The position numbers and the translations under genes are program-made. Below are positions 36,349-46,629 of a stretch of DNA of 64,000 bases, piece after piece. Position 1 is the stretch's first letter. Each line of letters begins with the position of its first letter. Below the pieces are notes generated by a model. The model was not told the origin of the DNA. It did no database searches and saw only the letters and a program-made list of their open reading frames with translations. This DNA comes from Candidatus Latescibacterota bacterium (GTDB lineage: Bacteria; Latescibacterota; UBA2968), in contig OZ242320.1 in the NCBI GenBank assembly GCA_965208125.1, positions 3,680,001 through 3,744,000 on the forward strand, given 5' to 3'.

Positions 36349-36840
36349 TCACTCTCGGCTTATTGGTTTGGTACGCAACCACTGCTCGGGCGTTTTGCCC
36401 AAATTTTCGATTGAAAATTTGGCATCATCCACTAACTCAGATTTTGGATAGGTATCAATCACCTGTTGATAGGCTACCCGCGCTTGTTCGTAATCACCGA
36501 GTTGATCGTGGATATAGCCAATCATAAACTGTGCCTGTACACAATATCGGCTCTGCGGAAATCGCGCGATCAGGGTTTCGTATCGCGCAATGGCTTCTTT
36601 GTGTTTTTGTTGATTCATCAATACCCGCGCCAGAGCCTGTAGTGCCACCTCAGCGCGAGGGTCGTCGGGAAAACGCGTCAGAAATTCCGCCAATTTGACT
36701 TCGGCCACGGGATACGACGCCATATCGTGCGTGGCCTGTTCGCCCTCTCGAAAGAGTAAATCCGCAGATTGTTCTTGTGCTCCACAGGCGACAAATAGTG
36801 GCAAAAAGAATAAGAATCGAAATCTGTGCATCTTTGCCAA
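36349..36840 (-). CDS. TPR lipoprotein (BamD/YbgF-like)
   Basis: Lipobox LFVAC; TPR repeats ending in FP.S / YP.S. Confidence 0.75.
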   Translation of the reverse strand: MAKMHRFRFLFFLPLFVACGAQEQSADLLFREGEQATHDMASYPVAEVKLAEFLTRFPDDPRAEVALQALARVLMNQQKHKEAIARYETLIARFPQSRYCVQAQFMIGYIHDQLGDYEQARVAYQQVIDTYPKSELVDDAKFSIENLGKTPEQWLRTKPISRE

Positions 36841-36918
36841 TCTCCTTTGCTTATTTATACTTTTTCAAAAACGTTTTTGTCCAACGCGAGTTCCGTTTTT
36901 TCTTTTTAGACAGTGCAA

Positions 36919-38214
36919 TCAGATTAGACGGTGTATATTAAAAAATCGCCCTATTTTCGTCAAGATTTCTGTGCGCTTGAGAAGTAAACACAAGATGCCT
37001 ACCAGTGCCAATCCACCGTATTCCACCCATTGAACCCAGGCGGCTTCTTCCCATACGCCACGGGCCTGGTATTGAATCAGAACGTGATAGGATAAGACTA
37101 CCAGGAGTGAGAAAGCGATCCAGGGCGGATGCCGATAAAAAACGAGAAATGGGATTAACCACAAGACATACCACGGATGGAGCGTGGGGGTGAGTAGAAC
37201 AAAGGCCGCCGTAGTCAGATATACACAGTGCAACAGGGGGACGCGCTTCCAGATCAGCAACAGCACAACACTTGAAAAGAGCAGGGCAATGATACCGCGC
37301 GCAATTTGTCCATCGCCACAAAGCAGAATGAGTACATTAAATACCGCGCTGTTAAATGACCAGTGTTGTGCATAAGTACCCAGGCTACCCAAAACAGGCG
37401 CGCCGGTCCACGCATAGGGTAAATATCCCAGAAGCACGACACAGGGGGCCATGAGCAGAGCGGGCCAATTGGTTGGTACCCACCCTTTCCAACGCACGAG
37501 ATTCGCCAAAAAAACAAGAGGGAAAAATTTCACCAGAACAGCCCCACCAAGCGTACTTAGCGCGATGTAATCTCGTCCTTTTAAGAACAAATACAATGCA
37601 GCCAATAAAGCGACAATGCCCAGCGATTCGATATGTCCATTTCCAGCAATTTCCACTACGACCAGCGGATGCCAGAAGTAAATCAAAACCCATTGTGGTC
37701 GCTGCTCAAAATGCCTGAGCAAACAGACGATCAGCCATCCCGCAATCAGGTCGGCACATGCGAGCAGCACCTTGATGCCCAGTATGCCACCCGAAATGCC
37801 ATATCCCATCCAGAATGCTATTTGAGCGATAGGCGGATAAATGGTCGGTAATTCGGGGTGGTTAATTTTAGGGAAAATGAGCGCGTCTCGTACATGCGCC
37901 AGTTCTTGTGCTACAGGTGCAAATCGGTAGGGATTGACGCCCGCCCACTGTACGCGTCCATCCCACACATAGCGATAGATATCATCGGACAGCGTTGGAA
38001 AAGAAAACAAAAGGCTAAGCCGGAACACAGCGGCAGCGATCACAATAGCCTTCAATGGCACATATTCACAATGCCAGACTGCAATGAGATAGGCCACAGA
38101 TGAAATGCCAAAAAGCACAAAAAAAACCGGCACTTGCTTGCCCAATGCCGGCATCGCAGCAAAACTGCTCGTCATGACCAACCCCATCAAAAGGGGCACG
38201 ATCCACCGCTGCAT
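36919..38214 (-). CDS. Polytopic GT-C glycosyltransferase (GT87/DUF2029-like)
   Basis: LSDDIYRYVWDG, GVNPY, TIYPP, GNGHIE, LHPWY; many TM. Confidence 0.8.
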   Translation of the reverse strand: MQRWIVPLLMGLVMTSSFAAMPALGKQVPVFFVLFGISSVAYLIAVWHCEYVPLKAIVIAAAVFRLSLLFSFPTLSDDIYRYVWDGRVQWAGVNPYRFAPVAQELAHVRDALIFPKINHPELPTIYPPIAQIAFWMGYGISGGILGIKVLLACADLIAGWLIVCLLRHFEQRPQWVLIYFWHPLVVVEIAGNGHIESLGIVALLAALYLFLKGRDYIALSTLGGAVLVKFFPLVFLANLVRWKGWVPTNWPALLMAPCVVLLGYLPYAWTGAPVLGSLGTYAQHWSFNSAVFNVLILLCGDGQIARGIIALLFSSVVLLLIWKRVPLLHCVYLTTAAFVLLTPTLHPWYVLWLIPFLVFYRHPPWIAFSLLVVLSYHVLIQYQARGVWEEAAWVQWVEYGGLALVGILCLLLKRTEILTKIGRFFNIHRLI

Positions 38215-38240
38215 AAATATCTCTTAGTGCAATATGTCCA

Positions 38241-39149
38241 TTACCGCTGGTCTTGTCCAATGTGCCACCGGTGTGTGTTGATTTGCAAAACGATTTTGCC
38301 CTGCTTAAATACGCGAACCGTTCCGGTTGACTCAGAAATAGCCAGAGCAATGGCTCGGGTGGTTTTGGTAATCGCCGCCGCCGCCACATGCCGTGCGCCC
38401 AATCCCTTGGGCAAAGTGAGACCGCGCACACTCGCTGAAATATAGCGCCCTCCAGATAGGATAACCCCATCTTCCCGAATGATAAATGCACCATCCATCA
38501 GCGATACTTCTTTGACACCTTCGTGAACATCGGGATTGCAGATATTTTTTTCTTTATCGGAATATCCGCGAAAAGGATCAAATGTCATGGACCGCGAATG
38601 GTGCAAAACCCGTTTGGAATCGCCAATGACAAATAAGGTGCCGACCGGTTCGCCTTCGCGACCGTCCTTACCAATATCGATGGAAAGATCGAGCGTGGTT
38701 TTGACAACTTTGAGCGGTAAATCGCCCGCTATGGATGAGATTTTTGCCGAATCGTATATATCAAACCCAATACTGGTATCCATCACCGTTATCGCATCCA
38801 CACCCCGCGAAGCCAGCAGGTGACTCAGGCATACCAATCGCGCATCCCTGCGAATATACCCGCTCTCCAGACCTCTGATAACGCATTGTCGCAACTGTTC
38901 GAAGTGCGTGTCATTACCCAGGCGATAATCATAAGTCAAACGCTGCACACCCTTCTTTTCAACACCACTCAAAAAGTGTTTTTTTCGCGTAACAACCAGG
39001 ACCTGACAGGTGGTGTTCAGTTTGTGAACATCAGCGTGGCTCACGCCGGAATTGGCCACGAGCAGAATCATATCGGCGCAGGTTTTCCGAGCCAAATTTT
39101 GGGCGGTACTCATCAAGGACTGCGTGTGATTTTCGTGTGATTTAGCCAT
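38241..39149 (-). CDS. Diadenylate cyclase (DisA_N domain; DacZ/CdaZ-like)
   Basis: GREGEPVGTLF, MDGAF, GLGARHVAAAAIT, ISESTG. Confidence 0.85.
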   Translation of the reverse strand: MAKSHENHTQSLMSTAQNLARKTCADMILLVANSGVSHADVHKLNTTCQVLVVTRKKHFLSGVEKKGVQRLTYDYRLGNDTHFEQLRQCVIRGLESGYIRRDARLVCLSHLLASRGVDAITVMDTSIGFDIYDSAKISSIAGDLPLKVVKTTLDLSIDIGKDGREGEPVGTLFVIGDSKRVLHHSRSMTFDPFRGYSDKEKNICNPDVHEGVKEVSLMDGAFIIREDGVILSGGRYISASVRGLTLPKGLGARHVAAAAITKTTRAIALAISESTGTVRVFKQGKIVLQINTHRWHIGQDQR

Positions 39150-39212
39150 AAAACGATTTTGTGAGAAGATTATTTATTTTAGCCTTGTAAACATGTCCAA
39201 AACTGCTATTTA

Positions 39213-39836
39213 CTACCGCCGGGAGGAGAAGCGCCGTCGCCGACCATAAGTCACGTTATCTCGTTCCTGAGATATGTTATGCGATGTTATGCCCCCTCCC
39301 CGTTCTAAATCCAAAAATTCCCCGGGAATATGTTTGGTCAATACGGTTGGGCCACAATCGTAGAAATGCACGCCAGCTTGATGGGCGCGTGTCGCTGCAA
39401 TGCGTATGACAGCCCCTCGGCGTCCGGGCCTGGCGCTTAACCTCGCGGCGACATCGGCATCAAACGACAAATGTACATAATCGCGATCATCTGGTGCCAA
39501 GCCTTCGGATAACAATCGCTCAACATCGGCGGAATCTACTCCCTTGTACAGAAATTCGGGGGGTTCTGATGGGTCGAGACCCAGGTCGATGGAAAAACTA
39601 TGCCCATAACGCGCTCGAATGCGGTTTTCCACAATCTCAAAACGTTGTTTCTCTCCATCATAAACCACTTTTTCAATATCTTCAAGAGTAAATGTCGAAT
39701 TTCGGTCTTGAAATGCACGTAAAACCTCGTCGAGATCGGCAAATCCATAGCGATCAACTTGTAGTCCAAACTCATCGGGTCTGTGCCGCAACATCAATGA
39801 CAACAATTTAGAAATGTGTACCATTCTCGGTGCCAT
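39213..39836 (-). CDS. kptA: RNA 2'-phosphotransferase KptA/Tpt1 family
   Basis: LSLMLRHRP, KQRFE, IRARYGHS, YVHLS; the HGT motif reads KGV. Confidence 0.85.
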   Translation of the reverse strand: MAPRMVHISKLLSLMLRHRPDEFGLQVDRYGFADLDEVLRAFQDRNSTFTLEDIEKVVYDGEKQRFEIVENRIRARYGHSFSIDLGLDPSEPPEFLYKGVDSADVERLLSEGLAPDDRDYVHLSFDADVAARLSARPGRRGAVIRIAATRAHQAGVHFYDCGPTVLTKHIPGEFLDLERGGGITSHNISQERDNVTYGRRRRFSSRR

Positions 39837-39860
39837 GCGCTTTCTCCGTAATAATAATCT

Positions 39861-41228
39861 TTATGAAAACACTACATCTTGCGCGGCATCCACATCCTGA
39901 ACGCCAATCAATGATAGGCCATCGGGAATGCGTGCCCCACTCAAATTTGCTTTGGCGGCAATACACCGCGTGAAGCCCAGTTTGCGCGCTTCGGCCATTC
40001 TGCGTTCAATTTGACTAACAGCACGCACTTCTCCACCCAACCCCACTTCGCCAATTACAACCGTATCGCGGTACATCTGTCTGCTGCGAAAGCTCGACGC
40101 CATAGCCATAGCTATACCCAGATCGACAGCGGGTTCGTCAATACGCAAGCCCCCTGCGACATTTAAGAAAATATCCTCAGTTCCCAATTGCAGGCCCGAC
40201 CGTTTTTCGAGCACGGCAATTAAAATCGCCATTCGCCGCGCATCAAATCCCGTGGCCACGCGCTGCGGGTATCCGAAGTTACTGCGGCTGACCAGTGCTT
40301 GTACTTCGACCAAAATGGGACGTGTACCTTCAATTGTGCAAACAATGGCTGTGCCTTCTCGATCGGCCTCGCGCTCGGGCAAGAATACCTGTGAGGGATT
40401 ATTCACTTCGACCATCCCCCGATCACACATTTCAAAAATACCGATTTCATTTGTCGAGCCAAACCGGTTCTTGGCAGCCCGCAAAATGCGAAACGCACCG
40501 TGTTGCTCGCCCTCCAGATAAAGTACGGTATCGACGATGTGCTCGAGCACGCGCGGTCCTGCAACCGTACCTTCTTTGGTGACATGTCCGATTAAAAAAA
40601 TCGATGTGCCCGTGCGTTTGCCCAGTGCCACCAGTTTTGCAGAAGATTCTCTGACCTGCGCCACACTTCCCGGCGCGCTTTGCAGATCTGGGCTAAAAAT
40701 GGTCTGCACTGAATCGACCACAACCGCGACGGGCTGCATTTCTTCGATGTATCCGCAAATCAGATCGAGATTGGATTCAGAAATCAAGTACAATTCATCG
40801 GATAACGCGCCGATTCTTTGGGCGCGCATCCGCGTTTGACGAGGGGACTCTTCTGCGGATACGTACAGTGTTTTCATACCCGAAAACGCGAGTTGTGCAA
40901 CCCCTTGCAAGAGCAGTGTAGATTTGCCAATGCCGGGGTCGCCGCCAACAAGCGCAGCCATGCCGGGCACTATGCCGCCGCCCAATGTGCGGTCAAATTC
41001 TCCGATAGCTGTCTTAATGCGGTCTTCTCTGCCACCCACCACTTCGGTAATCGGCTGCGGCGGATTTGCTTTGACCCATTCGTCCGTGCGTCTGTTTTGT
41101 TTTGCTTCGGACGATGCGGTTTCTTCGACACAGGTGTTCCATTCACCACAGGATACGCACCGACCAAACCACCGTCCCGAATCTGCACCGCATTGCTGAC
41201 ATACATACCGCACGCGCACTTTGCCCAT
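39861..41228 (-). CDS. radA: DNA repair protein RadA/Sms
   Basis: C4 zinc finger, GDPGIGKST, KNRFG. Confidence 0.96.
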   Translation of the reverse strand: MGKVRVRYVCQQCGADSGRWFGRCVSCGEWNTCVEETASSEAKQNRRTDEWVKANPPQPITEVVGGREDRIKTAIGEFDRTLGGGIVPGMAALVGGDPGIGKSTLLLQGVAQLAFSGMKTLYVSAEESPRQTRMRAQRIGALSDELYLISESNLDLICGYIEEMQPVAVVVDSVQTIFSPDLQSAPGSVAQVRESSAKLVALGKRTGTSIFLIGHVTKEGTVAGPRVLEHIVDTVLYLEGEQHGAFRILRAAKNRFGSTNEIGIFEMCDRGMVEVNNPSQVFLPEREADREGTAIVCTIEGTRPILVEVQALVSRSNFGYPQRVATGFDARRMAILIAVLEKRSGLQLGTEDIFLNVAGGLRIDEPAVDLGIAMAMASSFRSRQMYRDTVVIGEVGLGGEVRAVSQIERRMAEARKLGFTRCIAAKANLSGARIPDGLSLIGVQDVDAAQDVVFS

Positions 41229-41239
41229 GGGCTATTTCC

Positions 41240-42607
41240 TCAGGGAAATTCGCGATAGATTTCGGGCTCTTCAAAGCGAAGATACTCTGCCCGAAAGACC
41301 AAAAAAACGCTGCCAATCGGCCCATTGCGTTGCTTGCCCAAAATGATCTCGGCTCTGCCTTCTTGTGAATTGCCCTCTTCGTCCATAATGCCATATACTT
41401 CGGGGCGAAAGAGAAACATCACCACATCCGCGTCCTGTTCAATTGAGCCACTCTCGCGCAAATCAGCCAATTGCGGTCGCTTATCCGTGCGACTCTCCAC
41501 AGCCCGCGACAATTGCGCACAGGCAATGAGCGGGATATCGAGTTCTTTGGCGAGGGCTTTCAGGGACCGCGAAATAGAGGCGATTTCCTGTTCGCGGCTG
41601 CTGTAATTTTCAGTTGTGGTCATCAATTGCAGATAATCGACAATGATTAACTCAATATTGTATTCGGATTTCGCGCGGCGCGCTTTGGCACGCAGTTCCA
41701 TTACGGAAATAGCAGGTGTGTCATCGATGTATATGGGGGCTTCAATGAGCTTTCCCGTCCAGTTGGCTAATCTATCCCATTCATCGTCCGACAACTTGCC
41801 CGTTCGCAAACGGTGCGAATCCACGCGCGCTTCGGCACACAAAAGTCGCTGTGCGAGTTGTCCTGTTGCCATTTCCAGAGAAAAATACAGCACGGGGGTA
41901 CCCTTCACGGCGGCATTGCGCGCCATGCACAATGTGAGTGCTGTTTTGCCCATTGAGGGACGCGACGCGAGGATGATCAGGTCCGAAGACTGCAAGCCCG
42001 CTGTGATTTCATCGAGTTCCGTATAGCCCGTGGTCACGCCAGTCAGCGCACCGCCATGTTCGCGCGCTCTATCAATGGCTTCATAAACCTCGTTAAGTGC
42101 AGATTCAAGGGACATGACGCCTTTGCCCAATTCACCTTCAGCAATTTGAAAGACCCGTTGTTCGGCGCGGTCGATGAGTTCGCGCACATCCTCGGTTTCT
42201 TCATAGCTTTCGGTGAGTGTTTGGGTCGCTGCGGCAATCAACCGCCGCCGTTGCGCTTTTTCGAGTACGATCTGCGCGTGGTATTCGGCATTGGCTGCTG
42301 TCGCCATTTCACTGGCCAACTCGGCAATCAAAACCGCGCCGCCGACATCGTCGAGTTGCCCTCGGCGCTCGAGTTCTGCTGTGAGTGTCACCTGATCAAT
42401 GGGATCGCCGCGCTCTGACATTTTTTGGATTGCCGCATAGACTTTTCGGTGTGGGGTATGGTAAAAAGCCGTTTCATCACCCAGTACTTCCACCACGCGA
42501 TTGATTGCCATATTGTCAATCAACATGGCGCCCAACACAGCGCGTTCGACTTCGAGTGCCTGGGGCTGTGCGCGTTCAGCCGTGTTCAATGTAGGATTTT
42601 CGACCAT
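41240..42607 (-). CDS. dnaB: Replicative DNA helicase
   Basis: SRPSMGKT, IIVDYLQL, DLRESGSIEQDAD, KQRNGP. Confidence 0.97.
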   Translation of the reverse strand: MVENPTLNTAERAQPQALEVERAVLGAMLIDNMAINRVVEVLGDETAFYHTPHRKVYAAIQKMSERGDPIDQVTLTAELERRGQLDDVGGAVLIAELASEMATAANAEYHAQIVLEKAQRRRLIAAATQTLTESYEETEDVRELIDRAEQRVFQIAEGELGKGVMSLESALNEVYEAIDRAREHGGALTGVTTGYTELDEITAGLQSSDLIILASRPSMGKTALTLCMARNAAVKGTPVLYFSLEMATGQLAQRLLCAEARVDSHRLRTGKLSDDEWDRLANWTGKLIEAPIYIDDTPAISVMELRAKARRAKSEYNIELIIVDYLQLMTTTENYSSREQEIASISRSLKALAKELDIPLIACAQLSRAVESRTDKRPQLADLRESGSIEQDADVVMFLFRPEVYGIMDEEGNSQEGRAEIILGKQRNGPIGSVFLVFRAEYLRFEEPEIYREFP

Positions 42608-43278
42608 TAAATTTCAGTTCCATCGTAAAGTTTGCGAACCAGTTTCAAGTCTTCCCAGGCAGGGCGCTTCCAGTGTGCATTTCTCAATAGGGCAGCAGGG
42701 TGATATGTGGGGACTAATTTCGCGCCATGGTATTCAAAAATTTTTCCTCGCAAACGCCCCATCGACTCGGTGGTCTGCAACAGGGTTTGTGCGGCAAAAC
42801 GACCAAGAGTACAGATTATAATCGGCGCAATCAGGTCAATTTGTTGTAGTAGATAAGGCTGACACTCGGCAATTTCATCGGGTTTTGGATCCCGGTTATT
42901 AGGAGGCCTGCATTTGATAATGTTGGCAATATAGACGTCTTCGCGCGTCAAACCCATAGCTTCGATCATGCGCGTCAACAATTGTCCAGCCGCACCCACA
43001 AAAGGCAATCCCTGTCGATCTTCGTCAGCGCCTGGTGCTTCGCCAACAAACATGAGGTCTGCATTGGTTTTCCCGCTTCCAAACACGACTGAGGTGCGCG
43101 TTTGCGCCAATCCGCATTTTTGACAGCTGCGGGCCTCTTGCCCCAAGACAGTCAGGGGATCAGCGTCCGATTCTCGATCATCCATCAGCGCAACCGAGGC
43201 GGGCGCGTAAGCGATTTCTCGCGATAGAAAATCGCGTGCAAGCGCGAGGGTTTCCAACAGGTCAGGGGGTTCATTCAT
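42607..43278 (-). CDS. Uracil-DNA glycosylase family 4
   Basis: [32 protein letters not shown]. Confidence 0.92.
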   Translation of the reverse strand: MNEPPDLLETLALARDFLSREIAYAPASVALMDDRESDADPLTVLGQEARSCQKCGLAQTRTSVVFGSGKTNADLMFVGEAPGADEDRQGLPFVGAAGQLLTRMIEAMGLTREDVYIANIIKCRPPNNRDPKPDEIAECQPYLLQQIDLIAPIIICTLGRFAAQTLLQTTESMGRLRGKIFEYHGAKLVPTYHPAALLRNAHWKRPAWEDLKLVRKLYDGTEI

Positions 43279-44476
43279 GCGCGTTCTCCCAACGCGAGAC
43301 CAGCCAATCCAAAATGCGGTCTGCCACATCGCGTTTGGACATCAAAGGCCATGCGACAGGTTCCCGACGGGGTTCGATAAAAGTCACGACATTGGTATCG
43401 ACACCAAACCCCGCACCTTCCACATTCAATTCGTTCAACACAATCAGGTCAAGATTTTTCTCGTGAAGTTTTTTGCGGGCATTTTCCAGCGCGTGATCGG
43501 TTTCCATCGCAAATCCGATTACGATTCGCTCGCCTTTGTTTTGTCCCAGGGAAATTAAAAAATCTTCATTGGGCAGCAGGTGGAGTGAAAGACCGCCATC
43601 GCGTTTTTTGATTTTTGATTCGGACACATGTTCGGGGCGAAAATCGAGCACTGCTGCGGTCATAATTAGTGCGTCGGCCTGCTGATATGCGCGGATGGTC
43701 GCTGCTTTTAAATCGGCTACTGTGCGGATAGACTCGACCTGTACACCTGTGGGTGCAGTGAGTTCTGTCGGTCCGCTGATCAACGCGACATCAGCACCTC
43801 GGCGGTGCGCTTGTTCGGCAATAGCATAGCCCATTTTACCCGTTGAGCGATTGGTGATAAAACGGACGGGGTCAATAGGTTGCTCTGTCCTGCCCGCTGT
43901 CACTGCAATGCGTTTCCCCGCAAGTGATAGCGTTGCGCCCATCATACTGCTGGCCTCATCCACAATCTCATGGGGTTCGGCCATGCGTCCCATTCCCTCG
44001 GCACCCGAGGCGAGCAATCCCGCCCCCGGCCCAACCATCCGATAGCCGTCTTTTTTTAAGAACTCGACATTTTGTCGTACAGCACCGCGTTCCCACATTT
44101 GGGTTTCCATTGCCGGAGCGAGTAAAACAGGTGCTTCTGCAGCCAACAACGCACAGGTCAACAGGTCGTCGGCCAACCCATGGGCCAATTTGCCCATGCA
44201 ATTTGCAGTTGCTGGCGCGACAATGATTAGATCGGCCCATTTGCCCAAATGTACGTGGATAACATCTGGGTCGCCGTCCGACGGAAACAAATCCGTATAG
44301 ACGCGATGGTGCGAGAGTGCTTCAAAAGTGAGGGGCTGCACAAACTTCTGTGCAGCAGGTGTCATGACCACCCGAACTTCTGCACCTGCATTCTGAAGAA
44401 GGCGCAATAAGAATACGCTTTTATAGGCGGCAATTCCACCGCTAACGCCCAGAAGAATCCTCTTTCCCGTCAGCAT
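43271..44476 (-). CDS. coaBC: Phosphopantothenoylcysteine decarboxylase/ligase
   Basis: [35 protein letters not shown]. Confidence 0.95.
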   Translation of the reverse strand: MLTGKRILLGVSGGIAAYKSVFLLRLLQNAGAEVRVVMTPAAQKFVQPLTFEALSHHRVYTDLFPSDGDPDVIHVHLGKWADLIIVAPATANCMGKLAHGLADDLLTCALLAAEAPVLLAPAMETQMWERGAVRQNVEFLKKDGYRMVGPGAGLLASGAEGMGRMAEPHEIVDEASSMMGATLSLAGKRIAVTAGRTEQPIDPVRFITNRSTGKMGYAIAEQAHRRGADVALISGPTELTAPTGVQVESIRTVADLKAATIRAYQQADALIMTAAVLDFRPEHVSESKIKKRDGGLSLHLLPNEDFLISLGQNKGERIVIGFAMETDHALENARKKLHEKNLDLIVLNELNVEGAGFGVDTNVVTFIEPRREPVAWPLMSKRDVADRILDWLVSRWENAHE

Positions 44477-44669
44477 AGGTCACCTGAATTTTCTTTTCTA
44501 CAATTCGGTCCAGTGCAATGGTTGTTATTTTTTCTTCACCTTCGGGTACACCCGCAACCAGCCGGGCTTTATTCAACCGGCGCGCTTCTTTTGATGCCAG
44601 CAATACGGCTTTATAGGTATTCATATCCTCTTCAACTGTTAATTCTTCAGAAAAAAATACGTTTGACAT
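44442..44669 (-). CDS. rpoZ: RNA polymerase omega subunit
   Basis: NTYKAVLLASKEARRL, EKITTIAL; gmk-rpoZ-coaBC synteny. Confidence 0.8.
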   Translation of the reverse strand: MSNVFFSEELTVEEDMNTYKAVLLASKEARRLNKARLVAGVPEGEEKITTIALDRIVEKKIQVTYADGKEDSSGR

Positions 44670-44747
44670 AACGCTCTCCTTATCGGAAATGGGGATTTTG
44701 CACTGCAATAACAGACCGGAAATAGGTCGGGAGCATAGCTGGAGTTT

Positions 44748-45407
44748 TTAGTGATTCAATCCATGCAAACACATCCGCCGTGTGCGTCGTCGCTCTGCGT
44801 GAATAATAGCGAGTAAATCGGCGATGGCATGTTCCAATTTGTCATTTACGATAACGTAATCGCTGTTTTTTGCCTGGACGAGTTCAGAAACGGCATTTTC
44901 CATACGCAAACGAAAGGCCGACGTGCTTTCAGACTGTCGCGCATTGAGTCGCTCTGCAAGCACATCGAGAGAAGGCGGTACGACAAATACGATTACACAG
45001 CGATCTCCCAAGACCTTTTTCCACGCGGCTACGCCTTGCACATCCACGTCCATTAACATCACCTGTCCGCCGCTCATGGCTTTTACAACCGCATCGAATG
45101 TCGCGCCGTAAAGATGTCCGTGTACTTCGGCAGACTCGATAAAATCGCCTCGCGTTTGCATGGCTTCAAATTGTGCAACTGTCACAAAATGACGGGCAAC
45201 ACCTTCTACTTCGTCATCGCGTGGTGGTCGCGTCGTTGTCGTCACACACCGCCGCACGCGAGAATCTGCACGTAAAACTCCCTGGCATATCGACGTTTTT
45301 CCCACTCCCGATGGCCCGGCGACGACCACGGCAAATGCGTCGGGACTATCGCTCAGCTTTTGCCGAATTCGTCCAACACTCGTTTTTTTTGATTTAATCC
45401 GCGCCAT
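44748..45407 (-). CDS. gmk: Guanylate kinase
   Basis: GPSGVGKTS, TTRPPR, EVHGHLYG, DVDVQG; start uncertain. Confidence 0.93.
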   Translation of the reverse strand: MARIKSKKTSVGRIRQKLSDSPDAFAVVVAGPSGVGKTSICQGVLRADSRVRRCVTTTTRPPRDDEVEGVARHFVTVAQFEAMQTRGDFIESAEVHGHLYGATFDAVVKAMSGGQVMLMDVDVQGVAAWKKVLGDRCVIVFVVPPSLDVLAERLNARQSESTSAFRLRMENAVSELVQAKNSDYVIVNDKLEHAIADLLAIIHAERRRTRRMCLHGLNH

Positions 45408-45466
45408 CCGTTTTATCTGCACCTCGCTTTAATCCGTGTCATCCGCGCCATCCGTGTCATCCGCGA
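45394..45466. repeat. 9-nt periodic ATCCGYGYC repeat tract
   Basis: atccgcgccatccgttttatctgc ... atccgtgtcatccgcgccatccgtgtcatccgcg. Confidence 0.8.
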
Positions 45467-45469
45467 TCA

Positions 45470-46342
45470 TTACTCGATGTTTTGAACCTGTTCTCTGAGT
45501 TTTTCGATTTCTTCTTTGATATCTACGACCACATGGGCTATTGCCGCATCACCCGCTTTGGATCCTATGGTATTGGCTTCCCTGAGCATTTCTTGCAACA
45601 GAAAATTGAGACGCCGGCCAACTGCTTCTTTGCGATCGAGCATTCCGAGAAACTGCGCGTTGTGACTGTGAAAACGCACGCATTCTTCTGTTATGTCGCT
45701 GCGGTCAGCTAAGAGGGCAATTTCCATCAACAGCCTGCTCTCATCAATTTGTTCAGGCGTTAATAATTGTGCCAATTTTTCCTCTAATCGCGTCCGAACA
45801 GTTTCTACTCGCTTGGGTGCGAGTGCTTCGACGCGCTGGAGAAATTCGTCGAGCACTGAAATGCGCATACGGAGATCACGAGCGAGTTTTTCACCTTCTG
45901 CCAGGCACATGACCCGACAGGCGTCAATGGCTTGACTGAGCGCAGCAGATACTATTTTCCAGAGGGCTTCAGAATCGAGTTCGGGAACTTCAAATGCGAA
46001 TATTTGAGGCAATTGGGCAATTTGCATCAGATCGACATCGCCCGATATATCTGAACGAATTTCCTCGATTCCCTTGAGATATGCGGCCAGCACTTCGGGC
46101 TTGAGTACGGGAAGGCCCTGCTCTGATGCAGCATCCTGCAAGGTGACACTCACATCGAGTCGCCCTCTTGTAAAGACCGATAACACTCGTTCTTTGATGC
46201 GAGGCTCAAGCTCAGACAAAGAACGGGGCATGCGTACCATCACATCGCCATAGCGTCCATTGACCGACCGAATTTCAACAATAACGCGGCCCACTTCCCC
46301 TTCTGCAACACCCTTTCCAAAACCGGTCATGCTGGCGATCAT
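45470..46342 (-). CDS. yicC: YicC/YloC family endoribonuclease
   Basis: SMTGFG, EIRSVNGR, DITEE, GRRLNFLLQEMLREANTIGSK, REQVQNIE. Confidence 0.93.
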   Translation of the reverse strand: MIASMTGFGKGVAEGEVGRVIVEIRSVNGRYGDVMVRMPRSLSELEPRIKERVLSVFTRGRLDVSVTLQDAASEQGLPVLKPEVLAAYLKGIEEIRSDISGDVDLMQIAQLPQIFAFEVPELDSEALWKIVSAALSQAIDACRVMCLAEGEKLARDLRMRISVLDEFLQRVEALAPKRVETVRTRLEEKLAQLLTPEQIDESRLLMEIALLADRSDITEECVRFHSHNAQFLGMLDRKEAVGRRLNFLLQEMLREANTIGSKAGDAAIAHVVVDIKEEIEKLREQVQNIE

Positions 46343-46397
46343 ACACGCTCCCACCTGCTGGCAAATGCAGTAAAAATATCTGAAATAATAGCTAAAA

Positions 46398-46426
46398 AAG
46401 ATAGTCAATTTACATATTATTGTCAA
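46398..46426 (-). promoter_or_regulatory. sigma70 promoter for the yicC operon
   Basis: TTGACA-17 nt-TATCTT on the minus strand. Confidence 0.65.
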
Positions 46427-46526
46427 TCAAACCGGATAGAACTGCGGATTTGTGGTTGTCAATCGCATTTCTTTGCAGCTCGCAATTGGGGTGGTCTGGA
46501 GGGCGTTTCTACAATCAGGTCTTAGA

Positions 46527-46555
46527 TTGACTTGAACAGAGCAAGACGGTATATT
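46527..46555 (+). promoter_or_regulatory. sigma70 promoter for the lepA operon
   Basis: TTGACT-17 nt-TATATT. Confidence 0.65.
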
Positions 46556-46629
46556 CTTATTCTTTATGGCATTTATTGAACTACTATGACAGTTATCACA
46601 ACTTTTCGAACTTGTTACAACACGAAAAC

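Noticed and set aside
41240-42607. Intein in DnaB
   Set aside because: Normal length and contiguous motifs.
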